A stretch of DNA of 32,000 nucleotides from Telmatocola sphagniphila (GTDB taxonomy: Bacteria > Planctomycetota > Planctomycetia > Gemmatales > Gemmataceae): positions 180,001 to 212,000 of the forward strand of contig NZ_CP074694.1 of assembly GCF_018398935.1 (NCBI RefSeq). Reading direction: 5' to 3'. Below, in pieces: positions 1-8,366 of this stretch. Under the pieces are notes generated by a model. It worked only from the letters and a program-made list of their open reading frames with translations, searched no databases and was not told where the DNA came from. The number at the start of each line of letters is the position of its first letter. The first letter of the stretch is position 1. The position numbers were made by a program, and so were the translations under genes.

Positions 1-158
1 ATTGTCGGGCGTACGTCGGATACCAATTCACTTACGCCAGTGAGGTTGCTCGACCACGTACCTATATCGAGCGAACATTGCAGGGCGATACTAAACCCAC
101 GACCGACTTCTGGATGCAGGGAATCGAATTGGGCTTTGAAGCTCGATTCTAGCAGGGC

Positions 159-455
159 TTACAATTTTCGAACGACGCTGTTCTCATCGATAGCGATGCT
201 GGAGTATTCGCCGTTTTCTTTAACGAAATGCAGCATGGGAACCACGATATCGTCTTCGGGAACACGCTGCGTCGCCAGTCCCGTAGCCAGATAGTTCAGC
301 TGGCGAAAAGTTCCCTTGACGTGCGTCTGCCACTGGCGGGAACCGACTCGCACCGTTTGGACCACTTCGATTTGCTGGCCCGCTTTTAGGGATGTCAACA
401 ACTCGGCCTGATCGGGATCCAGTTTCTTCGTTGGAAGTTTGACTTCAGTGCTCAT
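159..455 (-). CDS. hypothetical protein (98 aa), translationally coupled to ilvN
   Basis: ATG-initiated ORF with protein-like composition. Its ATG (453-455) overlaps the TGA of the upstream ilvN ORF (452-454) as ATGA. I recognise no family. Confidence 0.55.
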   Translation of the reverse strand: MSTEVKLPTKKLDPDQAELLTSLKAGQQIEVVQTVRVGSRQWQTHVKGTFRQLNYLATGLATQRVPEDDIVVPMLHFVKENGEYSSIAIDENSVVRKL

Positions 456-949
456 TCCGATTCTTTCCCAACAGAGTTCCCACGAGCCAGTGCAATGCGG
501 CCCGTTCGTGCCAGTTCATAAATGCCGTAAGGGCGCATCATCTCGATAAAGGCGTTGATTTTCGATTCCTGCCCGCTGATCTCGATCATCAGCGTATCGT
601 GGGTGATGTCGACCACCCGGCCGCGAAACATCTCGACGAGCAGGGAGATTTCCGAGCGCTGCTGAGCACTCGATTTCACTTTAATCAGCATCAAGTCGCG
701 CTCGACATGCTCCTCTGAGGAGATGTCGACAACTTTAACGACGGTGACAATCTTGTCCAGTTGCTTGCGAACCTGTTCGAGGACATTATCGTCGCCGCGG
801 ATGACGAAGGTCATTCTCGACAGATCGTGCGTTTCCGTTTCACCGACGGCCATACTGTCGATGTTGTAACCCCGGGAAGCAAGCATTCCCGAAATATGGG
901 CCAGTACACCCGGTTGATTCTGAACCAGTGCGGACAAAATGTGACGCAT
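452..949 (-). CDS. ilvN: acetolactate synthase small (regulatory) subunit, ACT domain
   Basis: MRHILSALVQNQPGVLAHISGMLASRGYNIDSMAVGETE... matches the IlvH/IlvN N-terminal ACT domain, followed by the C-terminal IlvN domain (RPYGIYELARTGRIALARG). The ORF track starts at 994. I prefer the ATG at 949 because homologs begin MR.ILS. and an AAGGAA lies upstream. Confidence 0.9.
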   Translation of the reverse strand: MRHILSALVQNQPGVLAHISGMLASRGYNIDSMAVGETETHDLSRMTFVIRGDDNVLEQVRKQLDKIVTVVKVVDISSEEHVERDLMLIKVKSSAQQRSEISLLVEMFRGRVVDITHDTLMIEISGQESKINAFIEMMRPYGIYELARTGRIALARGNSVGKESE

Positions 950-1156
950 TCTTTGCAATTCCTTTTCCCGTTTCTGAAATGATATAAATGTCATCCTCTA
1001 AGGCGAGTCGAATGCCTTCGAACGGCAGGCGGGCTTGAGGGGAAGATTTCCGCCAGACGAGAAAGGTTCGGTAAATGAAGAAAAGTTTCTTCAGGGCGAC
1101 GTTTTGTAAGTTAACTGGCGGGCAGTTAATCCATTTGCCGGGTATCGACTCGATTT

Positions 1157-2191
1157 TTATTCCGCCAACTGGAGTTCGGTGCGGGAACTCTTTGCCTGTT
1201 CGGTTCCACCACGATAAACTTTATTGATTCGTTCGCGGTTCAACGCCAGGGCTTTGTCGAACCTGCTCAACTTCATACCTTCCAAATTCACATCGTGGCT
1301 GGCGAGATTGTTCACGATATCCACATCGAGTTTCATTTCATAGTCGAGCTTTTTTCGCATCACACCGCGGAACGGCCAGATGCCGCCGTGAATGGGCAGT
1401 GGCCAGAAGGACTTGGCGTAAGACCAGGTCGTCACCCGAGTCAGATTCTCATCGACCGGAGTGTAGAACATGAACAATCGCCACTGCACTTTGCTCTTCT
1501 TCGTCGGATCCTTGGGGTCGCTCCACCAGTGATCGTAGATGGTATACAAAGGCGAAAAGTGGGTGGTCCAATCGTCGTTGAACACCCAGCCTTTTTTTAT
1601 CCCAACCAGTACATTGAGAAGCCTGCCCAGGCGTTTGGGGGGGCCCTGATTGATGACGCGAACGGTATTCTCTGTTTGTTCAAAACGGACAGTCACATCC
1701 CGCATGCGATCGAGTTCGTAGCCGAAAACGTCGTGCGTTGTCGGCGTGTGCTCGATCTCGCAGAAGTTATCCATCGAAACTTCCAGCGGGGCGTGAATCG
1801 TGTGCTCCAAGGTGCACATGTGGAACCAACCCGGCATCGAAATTTCCGGGAATTTCGGATTAGATTCTTTCGATTTGACCCAGATCATTCCGTTCGCTTC
1901 GCGAGCTTCGAAATTGGAAGCGCACGCCTGAAGTTTTGGCGTACCTGGGCTTTCCCCCTGGCCATCACATCCGAATGTCCAGCCATGGTACCGGCACATC
2001 AGCTTTTCACCGACAACTTCACCCTGACTCAGTTTCATGCGACGATGCGGGCAAATATCATTTAAAGCCCCTATTTTTCCGCTCGCCGTTCGAAATAGCG
2101 CAATCGGAACGCCCGCCAGTTTCACACCCACGGGCTTGCGTCGCAATTTCTTGGCGGGCAACATCGGGTGCCAATGATCGAGCATCCCCAT
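1157..2191 (-). CDS. Rieske [2Fe-2S] non-heme iron oxygenase, alpha-subunit-only type
   Basis: Rieske motif C47-P-H...C66-R-Y-H (CPHRRMKLSQGEVVGEKLMCRYHGW, nt 1985-2053). Putative mononuclear iron site N-x2-E-x2-H-x4-H (DNFCEIEHTPTTHD). At about 344 aa and with no adjacent beta subunit, it resembles KshA/VanA/PaO-type enzymes. Confidence 0.85.
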   Translation of the reverse strand: MGMLDHWHPMLPAKKLRRKPVGVKLAGVPIALFRTASGKIGALNDICPHRRMKLSQGEVVGEKLMCRYHGWTFGCDGQGESPGTPKLQACASNFEAREANGMIWVKSKESNPKFPEISMPGWFHMCTLEHTIHAPLEVSMDNFCEIEHTPTTHDVFGYELDRMRDVTVRFEQTENTVRVINQGPPKRLGRLLNVLVGIKKGWVFNDDWTTHFSPLYTIYDHWWSDPKDPTKKSKVQWRLFMFYTPVDENLTRVTTWSYAKSFWPLPIHGGIWPFRGVMRKKLDYEMKLDVDIVNNLASHDVNLEGMKLSRFDKALALNRERINKVYRGGTEQAKSSRTELQLAE

Positions 2192-2304
2192 GAAATTTCT
2201 CCTGCAGCTTGAATTTCACTTCCTCCTGGCTTACGAATCTCGTCCAGTAGTCCGTTATTACAAGCTTATTCCTTTAGAATAAATTGCCCATACTCCGCAT
2301 ATTA

Positions 2305-4125
2305 TCAAGAGGATTTCGGCAAACGCAGTGCCGCCCCCAACGCCGCAGTAGCGAATATCATGGGATAGAGTTTCTCGTAATACCAAAGTTTCGCGAAATA
2401 GAAACCAATGGGGGTGGCATATAGGTAGCCACCTTTTTCGACTTGAGAGCAGAGATAGTCCACCCCTTTTTCGAGTGGCTCCATCAGGTGGACGAAATCG
2501 CGACTCCAGACGGCAAAAATCTCTACGACGAGGGCAGTTTCTTCAATACTCGACGGAGTTCCTATCGCTCCTCCCCAGCCGCCATCCGGGTTCTGATTTT
2601 TGATCAAAAAGTTCAGTCCCAGCTCGATTTCCTCAGTAACGGCGTCAAGCGATTGATAAGCGGCCAGCACCCTGGCGGTGCCGTAGACCGGATTCGATTC
2701 GTCTTCTGTATGCTGATTGCCAAACCAAAGGGGAAGCCAGGAGCCCTCATAACTCTGCTGCAATTTCAGATAATCGAATCCTCTGCGAAAGGACTTGTTT
2801 TCCAATACCGAAGATTCCGTTGGCGGTCGACTCATCCGAGTGTTCCACCAGAATGGATTTCGCAAGACATGGGCAGTTAAATCGCACCCGCTGCGATCGA
2901 AGGGTAATTTACCCCAACCCCGACAGAAAGTGGGCCAGCCTCCATCACGATTCTGAAGTCCCTCGATCCATTTTTCTGATAGTTCCACGCTCTGCACGAC
3001 TTCCCGGCCGAGCGATTCCGGAATTTCCCCCTGGGAGACATTCAGGAGTGCTTGCAGGGCTAATTTTGCCCCGGGAGTGTCATCACAATCGGGAACGCTC
3101 CCAGCCAGATGCGACCAACCCCAGCCTCCCGGGTCAGCCCCTGTGAAAGGATGTCGACTTTTGGACTGCTGGGCCAGAAGCCATTCCATCAGTTTTTGTT
3201 TCTCGGGGAGGCTTTTGAGATCCTTTGCTCGATCCAGTGCGTTCACAGTTAGAGTCGTCACCCACACGCTAAGATTGGAATCGATGGCCCAGCTGCCATC
3301 GGTTCGAACCGAGCGTTCGATGAACCGAACGCCTTCCTCCATAACCTGTTGGGCATTCTTGTTGCCCCGCAAGACCGCCAGACTCATGACCACAAAACTT
3401 GTCAGCGGCGTCGCTTCGAGGTAACCTCCCGTGGAAGGTTGAATCTTTCGCAGAACTTTCAGGCTGGGCCGGCGAGCCAGCCAACGGAGCGAAGTAGTCA
3501 GAGGATTCCATTTGCGGCGATGATGGTGGACGACCTGACCGATGGCGATTAGCGCAGGGAGGGCGTAGCTTACGACAGGCAGCCGGGCAAAACGGTACCA
3601 ACTCTGGGGCAGGCAGGCGAGTTCGAAAGGGAGTCGGGGAATCTCATCCCAGTTCACCAGGCCTGCCAGTGCACACATCGTCAGAATCGGAACGGCAAAA
3701 GTTCGATCTTTTCCATATCGCCTTCGAATGGCCTCTGCCAACTCTTCGGGTGTAGAACCGTAATTCTCATTTAACCAGAATTCACAACGATTCAGTGTCG
3801 GGCGTTGCGAATCTGCTTCGCCACAGATGTGAAACGCCGCCCGGCAGAGCATGGTTGTAGAGATATTGCTGAAAGATCTGTCGGTATCTCCCCAACCGCC
3901 GTCTTCGTTCTGGTCATCGACCAACCAGCGTATTCCCCGAGCAATCAAGTCTCGATGCACTGTCTGGGTGTTTCGACGGTCGATCAGAGCCAAGGCCGCA
4001 ACGGCCGTGGCCGTGGAAAGAGCGGAAGAAGAGAGTTCCCCCACCCAATAGCCTTCTGGGAGTCGCTCGAAGAGCAGGGCGTCCCGGACTTGTCGATAAG
4101 CACGCTCGATTCTTTCAGTATCCAT
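2305..4125 (-). CDS. shc: squalene-hopene cyclase family class II triterpene cyclase
   Basis: At least 5 QW repeats (RGIRWLVDDQNEDGGWG, KWIEGLQNRDGGWP, RGFDYLKLQQSYEGSW, NFLIKNQNPDGGWGG, VRFIERSVRTDGSW). DxDD proton-donor motif DCDD at aa 346-349 (nt 3079-3090). Confidence 0.9.
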   Translation of the reverse strand: MDTERIERAYRQVRDALLFERLPEGYWVGELSSSALSTATAVAALALIDRRNTQTVHRDLIARGIRWLVDDQNEDGGWGDTDRSFSNISTTMLCRAAFHICGEADSQRPTLNRCEFWLNENYGSTPEELAEAIRRRYGKDRTFAVPILTMCALAGLVNWDEIPRLPFELACLPQSWYRFARLPVVSYALPALIAIGQVVHHHRRKWNPLTTSLRWLARRPSLKVLRKIQPSTGGYLEATPLTSFVVMSLAVLRGNKNAQQVMEEGVRFIERSVRTDGSWAIDSNLSVWVTTLTVNALDRAKDLKSLPEKQKLMEWLLAQQSKSRHPFTGADPGGWGWSHLAGSVPDCDDTPGAKLALQALLNVSQGEIPESLGREVVQSVELSEKWIEGLQNRDGGWPTFCRGWGKLPFDRSGCDLTAHVLRNPFWWNTRMSRPPTESSVLENKSFRRGFDYLKLQQSYEGSWLPLWFGNQHTEDESNPVYGTARVLAAYQSLDAVTEEIELGLNFLIKNQNPDGGWGGAIGTPSSIEETALVVEIFAVWSRDFVHLMEPLEKGVDYLCSQVEKGGYLYATPIGFYFAKLWYYEKLYPMIFATAALGAALRLPKSS

Positions 4126-4153
4126 ATAGGCATCTTAAGAATATAATTTCCGC

Positions 4154-4591
4154 ATGATCACACTGGAAGGAAACCGCTCGCTCAAAGGCATGTTGCCGGA
4201 AGCATTCGAGAAACTCTCATCGCCGGCATTTTTGCTGACCTGCATCGGGCCGCTACTCGAGTATTCGGCGGACGAGAACGCCGCCACTTTTAAGGCTAGA
4301 CCCAGTTTGGGAATCGTCTCTGGGATTGTCGAGGGCACTCTCAATGTGTTACAAAAGCAACCGTTCGAAAAATTGAATTTGGTACAGAAAATTCAGGGCA
4401 GTGGTTTTTCCGCGCGGGCAGTGGTTGATTTGAAATTCCGGCCACTCGATTCGGGGTTTGCCATCGATTGGACTGCGGAATTGCCCGAGGCGACCGGACT
4501 ACTTCGGATGGTCCCGAAATCGATGCTGCGTGTAGCAATGCAGAAAGCTATCGAAGACATATGGCTGGAAGTGGAATCGAAACTAGCGTGA
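4154..4591 (+). CDS. SRPBCC-superfamily protein, CoxG-like (hydrophobic ligand-binding fold)
   Basis: 145 aa. Its pattern (M.LEG..., G..SG...G.L......P..KL.L......G.GF.A...V.L......G....W.AE.....GLL, C-terminal helix ...IEDIWLEVESKL) resembles the CoxG/SRPBCC family. Recognised from memory, not by search. Confidence 0.6.
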   Translation: MITLEGNRSLKGMLPEAFEKLSSPAFLLTCIGPLLEYSADENAATFKARPSLGIVSGIVEGTLNVLQKQPFEKLNLVQKIQGSGFSARAVVDLKFRPLDSGFAIDWTAELPEATGLLRMVPKSMLRVAMQKAIEDIWLEVESKLA

Positions 4592-5331
4592 ACGAACCTC
4601 TTCCCGATGACGATCCGAATTCGGCCACGAGAAAGCTCGGCGAAACCTTCGCCACAGTAATCGGCCAAAAAGAGTGGTCCCTGGATAACTCGGAAGCTCT
4701 CCTCCAGGGAAAAATCGAAGAAGTAGAAGTCCCGGAATTACCTGTACCGATTGATATTTTACCTATTCCGGCCGCTAAAAGTAAATCCTGGTTGCCACCA
4801 GAAGAGGAGATACCTCCTACGCCCCGGCAAATTCTGGAAGCCCTCCTTTTCGTGGCCGATCAACCGCTGGAAATTGAGGCGATTTGCGAAGTGATTCGCG
4901 GTATCTCGCCGCCGACTGTGCTCGAAGAGATCGCTCAGCTCAATCGTCTCTACGAAAAGCAGTATCGGCCCTATCGGATTGTCCCCCGCAAGACAGGCTA
5001 TCGCATGGAGTTGCTGCCCCAGTTCAAGGAAGTAGAACAGAAGCTGAACGAACAGAACCGCGAATTGCAACTTCCTCAGCCTGCCCTCGAGATTCTGTCG
5101 CTGATCGCTTACAGGCAACCTGTGGAGAAATCGGATATCGATCGAATTCGGGGAATGGAAACCGGGATGATACTTCGGCAACTGATGAAATTTGGCCTGG
5201 TATCTTCTTTGAATAAAGTGGCAGAAGGACAAAGATCGGCGATATTCTCCACCACGGCCAAATTCTTGGATATGTTCGGGCTGCGCTCGCTGGATGACCT
5301 TCCCAAAATGGGCGAGCCCGAGCGCCGTTGA
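4561..5331 (+). CDS. scpB: segregation and condensation protein B (SMC-kleisin partner) with acidic/Pro-rich N-terminal extension
   Basis: ScpB winged-helix core: RQILEALLFVADQPLEIEAICEVI... and LEILSLIAYRQPVEKSDIDRIRGMETGMILRQLMKFGLV. The ORF track start (4468) lies inside the previous gene. I chose the ATG at 4561; the alternative GTG at 4588 would form a GTGA overlap with the upstream stop. Confidence 0.85.
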   Translation: MAGSGIETSVNEPLPDDDPNSATRKLGETFATVIGQKEWSLDNSEALLQGKIEEVEVPELPVPIDILPIPAAKSKSWLPPEEEIPPTPRQILEALLFVADQPLEIEAICEVIRGISPPTVLEEIAQLNRLYEKQYRPYRIVPRKTGYRMELLPQFKEVEQKLNEQNRELQLPQPALEILSLIAYRQPVEKSDIDRIRGMETGMILRQLMKFGLVSSLNKVAEGQRSAIFSTTAKFLDMFGLRSLDDLPKMGEPERR

Positions 5332-5337
5332 GCGAGC

Positions 5338-6684
5338 CTAATAGCCCCCGGTATCCGTGAAGGCGTGATTCTCGAAACGCATATACTGTTTGACGTATGC
5401 AAGTTTTACTTCGCCGGTCGGGCCGTTACGCTGCTTGGCGACAATCACTTCAATCGTGTTATCTTCCTGCTGTTCATCGCCGCCGAATTTGCCGGGGCGA
5501 TGCAGCATCATCACGGTGTCGGCATCCTGCTCGATGGAACCCGATTCTCGAAGATCGGACAATCGCGGCCGATGGTCCTGGCGATCTTCCGAAGCTCGGT
5601 TGACCTGCGCCAAAGCGACCACCGGTAATTGCAGTTCTCGCGCCAGGAACTTCAATCGTCGAGATATCTGCGCTACCTGCTCCTGCCGAGGATCCCGCCG
5701 ACTTTCAGGTTCGATCAACTGTAAATAATCGATCACCACCATTTTGATATCGTGGCGTTTCTTCAGTCGGCGGGCATTCGCGGTAATTCGCAGCATATTC
5801 TGCGAAGGGTTGTCGTCGATGAATAGGGGGGCCCTATTGAGTACATTGCCGGCGTCGAGAATGCGCTGAACATCGTCGGGACCAAGCATGCCTCGTCGTA
5901 GCTTGTGACTATCGACCTGCGATTGCGCGACCAAAAGACGTTCGGCCAATTCGATTTTGGCCTGCTCGAGACTGACGAAGTAGACCGGAAGCCCCTCTTC
6001 GACGATGATGTGTCGGATGAAGTTGAGTGCGAAAGCTGTCTTACCGACCGAGGGACGAGCCGCGAGAATGATCAATTCGTTTCTTTGAAAACCAACGATT
6101 AAGTTGTCCAGATCGACGAAGCCGGTTCGGACGCCACTCAGATCCGCGTGGTCGCCCGATTTGCGGGCATCCATGCGATGGAACGCATCTCGCAAGGCTT
6201 CCTGAAGGGTAGCCGTGTCGCTGGTAACACCTCGCTCGGCGATTTCGAGAATTCGCCGCTCAGCCATCCCCAGGAGTTCATCCGCCGGCTGGACGGGATC
6301 GTAGGCTTCCTTCAGGATGTCCGTGTTGACGTGAATCAAGGCTCGGACCAGAGCCTTCTCTTTAACGATTTCAGCGTAATATAACGCGTTACCAGCTGTG
6401 GGGGCGGCATCCCAGAGTTCGGCCAGATACGAATAACCGCCGATGTCTTCGATCCACTGCAGTTGTTTCAACTTTTCGGCGAGAATTACAAGATCGATCG
6501 GGGAGGAAATCTTGTCGATTTCCAGCATGGCCCGGTAGATCTTCTGGTGATAATCGAAGTAGAAATATTCCGGATCGAGAATGATTTTCACGATGTCGTT
6601 GATGACGTCGTTATCGCGCAGAACACTGCCGAGCACGGAACGCTCGGCATCGCGATTTTGGGGAGGAAGCCGGTCTAAAGACAT
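5338..6684 (-). CDS. dnaB: replicative DNA helicase DnaB
   Basis: N-terminal domain PPQNRDAERSVLGSVL. Walker A AARPSVGKTAFALNF, Walker B VVIDYLQLI, and RASEDRQDHRPRLSDLRESGSIEQDADTV. 448 aa. Confidence 0.95.
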   Translation of the reverse strand: MSLDRLPPQNRDAERSVLGSVLRDNDVINDIVKIILDPEYFYFDYHQKIYRAMLEIDKISSPIDLVILAEKLKQLQWIEDIGGYSYLAELWDAAPTAGNALYYAEIVKEKALVRALIHVNTDILKEAYDPVQPADELLGMAERRILEIAERGVTSDTATLQEALRDAFHRMDARKSGDHADLSGVRTGFVDLDNLIVGFQRNELIILAARPSVGKTAFALNFIRHIIVEEGLPVYFVSLEQAKIELAERLLVAQSQVDSHKLRRGMLGPDDVQRILDAGNVLNRAPLFIDDNPSQNMLRITANARRLKKRHDIKMVVIDYLQLIEPESRRDPRQEQVAQISRRLKFLARELQLPVVALAQVNRASEDRQDHRPRLSDLRESGSIEQDADTVMMLHRPGKFGGDEQQEDNTIEVIVAKQRNGPTGEVKLAYVKQYMRFENHAFTDTGGY

Positions 6685-6733
6685 GGGGATTTACTCCACC
6701 GGCGAGAGAAAAAACAGGGCGATTCAAAACGAA

Positions 6734-7312
6734 TTATCGCTTGGTCGAGGAAGTCTGCGGAATCACAGCCACTTCGATCTTGGTTTCGATCTCGAAGCCG
6801 AGGCTGAGTTTCACTTCGGGGTAGATACCGCATTCCTTGATATGGGTTTCCATCTTGACCATATCGGGCTCGACCATCAGATTCTTGCCCTTGAGCGCCT
6901 TGGAAATTTCCACGGGGCCTACCGAACCGAAGAGGTGACCTTCTTCGTTGGAGATCGCGTCGATGGTGATGCGGGCCTGGCGATTAATCTGCTCGGCCAG
7001 TGACTTCAGGTCGGCGACCTTGGCTTCGCGAGCCTGCTGAACGCGAATCTTGTAGCGTTCCAAGCGGCGGAGGTTGTGTTCGGAAGGAATCACAGCCATG
7101 CTGTTGGGGAGCAGGTAGTTGCGTGCGTAGCCGGGTTTGACTTCGACCAGTGCCCCCTGTTTGCCCAGGAATGCAACGTCTTCGACGAGGACGAGTTGAA
7201 CGCCGCCGTGAGTACCTTTGCGAACCTGATTGCGGACCCGGATCTTCTTCTTGGGTTGGGGCAGGGTTTTGGGACCTTTATCTTTTGCCATGATCTCAGT
7301 CACTCTCTGCAT
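6734..7312 (-). CDS. rplI: 50S ribosomal protein L9 with basic N-terminal extension
   Basis: VQLVLVEDVAFLGKQGALVEVKPGYARNYLLPNSMAV is the L9 N-domain. The ATG at 7310-7312 overlaps the ssb stop (TAATG). An alternative ATG lies at 7291. Confidence 0.9.
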   Translation of the reverse strand: MQRVTEIMAKDKGPKTLPQPKKKIRVRNQVRKGTHGGVQLVLVEDVAFLGKQGALVEVKPGYARNYLLPNSMAVIPSEHNLRRLERYKIRVQQAREAKVADLKSLAEQINRQARITIDAISNEEGHLFGSVGPVEISKALKGKNLMVEPDMVKMETHIKECGIYPEVKLSLGFEIETKIEVAVIPQTSSTKR

Positions 7313-7800
7313 TAAAAAGGAATATCATCTGATCCGTGCCCTCCCGAGGCGGGGGAAGCACCAGGACCGGAGTCATCGTAATTATCCACTGAACCGCCGC
7401 TGTAACCGCTCGAACGGCCTCCAGCACTACCACCACCCGGGCCATCCTGGCGAGCATCGAGCAATTGAATTTCTTCGACGACAATCTTATGCTTCTGTCG
7501 CTTTTGCCCGCTCGTTTTATCATCCCAGGTATCGAGATGAAGTCGACCATCGACTAAAATCTGCGAACCCTTGTGGCAGAATTTTTCGATGGTATCCGCC
7601 AGTTTGCCGTATTCGCCCCGATTGAAGGCTTCGCAATCGATGAACATCGGCTCGTCTTCCCACTGGCCGGTCTGGGTATTCTTCTTGCGATTACTTACTG
7701 CAAAACCGAACTTGGCCACTTTGCCGCCGGTCGAGAAGGTCCGGCACTCCGGTTCACGCGTCAATCGACCGACCAGGATGACTTTGTTAAATCTGGCCAT
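7312..7800 (-). CDS. ssb: single-stranded DNA-binding protein
   Basis: MARFNKVILVGRLTREPE OB-fold N-terminus, a Gly-rich linker, and the canonical acidic tip DDIPF at the C-terminus. Confidence 0.95.
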   Translation of the reverse strand: MARFNKVILVGRLTREPECRTFSTGGKVAKFGFAVSNRKKNTQTGQWEDEPMFIDCEAFNRGEYGKLADTIEKFCHKGSQILVDGRLHLDTWDDKTSGQKRQKHKIVVEEIQLLDARQDGPGGGSAGGRSSGYSGGSVDNYDDSGPGASPASGGHGSDDIPF

Positions 7801-7836
7801 GTTTTAGGCTCCGGGATCAGTATCCATTAGGATTTC

Positions 7837-7859
7837 AAAAATGGGTTATTACCCATTTT
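7837..7859 (-). terminator. palindromic hairpin between rpsF and ssb (weak terminator or attenuator)
   Basis: Perfect 9-bp inverted repeat AAAATGGGT-tatt-ACCCATTTT (7838-7859). On the minus strand it can fold as ATGGGT/ACCCAT followed by TTTTT. It lies in the 95-nt rpsF-ssb spacer. Confidence 0.3.
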
Positions 7860-7895
7860 AAGGGCGACTTCCGTAACGCCTATGTCAGTTGCAGA

Positions 7896-8366
7896 TCAAT
7901 CTTTATCTCGTCGGTCGCGATCACGGCGGCCGCCGCCCATTCCACCCATGTCGATGCCTTCAAGAGCAGCGTCGACGTTGGCATCTTCCCGCAGCGATTG
8001 CAGCGAGGAGCGATGTTCATCCTGAGCCACGGCCAGCAACTCGGTTTCCCACTTGGGGTCTACGTTCAAAACCATGTGGCGAAGGATGGTTTCGTTCAGT
8101 CGGAAATCATGTTCGATTTCATGGAGTTTAGCGGCATCGGCCTTGAAGTAAGCCAGATAATAAGTGCCTTTTTTGTGGCCTTTCACCGGGTAAGCGAGTC
8201 GGCTGTCGAGCTTACCTTCGTTCTTTTCCGACCAGGGTCGGCTTGCGAGAATCTGAGCACCATATTTCTCGAGAGTCACATGCAATTGGGACTTCACATC
8301 TTCCATACCGGTGGCGGTCTTGGTTGAATCGAGAATAAACATGCATTCGTAGCTGTTAACTGGCAT
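7896..8366 (-). CDS. rpsF: 30S ribosomal protein S6 with Arg/Asp-rich C-terminal tail
   Basis: YECMFILDS...LAYPVKGHKKGTYYLAYFKA...ETILRHMVL is S6-like. The ORF track begins at the GTG at 8369. The ATG at 8364-8366 (MPVNSYE) is more likely, and it overlaps the pth stop by 1 nt (TGATG). Confidence 0.9.
   Translation of the reverse strand: MPVNSYECMFILDSTKTATGMEDVKSQLHVTLEKYGAQILASRPWSEKNEGKLDSRLAYPVKGHKKGTYYLAYFKADAAKLHEIEHDFRLNETILRHMVLNVDPKWETELLAVAQDEHRSSLQSLREDANVDAALEGIDMGGMGGGRRDRDRRDKD

Noticed and set aside
1-158. Possible RNA gene or start of ilvC downstream of the 98-aa ORF. A T-arm-like GGTCGTGGGTT string lies on the minus strand, and there is a 7-bp inverted repeat GAATCGA (121-127) / TCGATTC (143-149).
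   Set aside because: I could not build a cloverleaf. No acceptor or anticodon arms are evident and no U-tract follows the hairpin. Minus-strand ORFs starting here hit stops within ~17 codons, except for one TTG-initiated frame running off the window edge, which is too short to judge.
1077-1129. Palindromes between the Rieske stop and the ilvN start: GAAGAAA-ag-TTTCTTC (1077-1092) and TTAACTG-gcggg-CAGTTAA (1111-1129).
   Set aside because: Both are short and AT-rich and lack a following U-tract. The first has a 2-nt centre and cannot form a hairpin. They could be an operator or a weak terminator, but there is no supporting evidence without comparative data.
1295-2065. Long antisense ORFs opposite well-supported genes. 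Examples are 1295-2065 (+, 256 aa), 16731-17468 (-, 245 aa), 19226-19876 (-, 216 aa), 22477-23091 (-, 204 aa), 26493-27239 (-, 248 aa) and 31156-31761 (-, 201 aa).
   Set aside because: Each lies entirely within, or mostly overlaps, a CDS with clear family motifs on the other strand. Their translations are Arg/Pro/Ser/His-rich with no recognisable motifs. This is the typical shadow-ORF behaviour of moderately GC-rich DNA.
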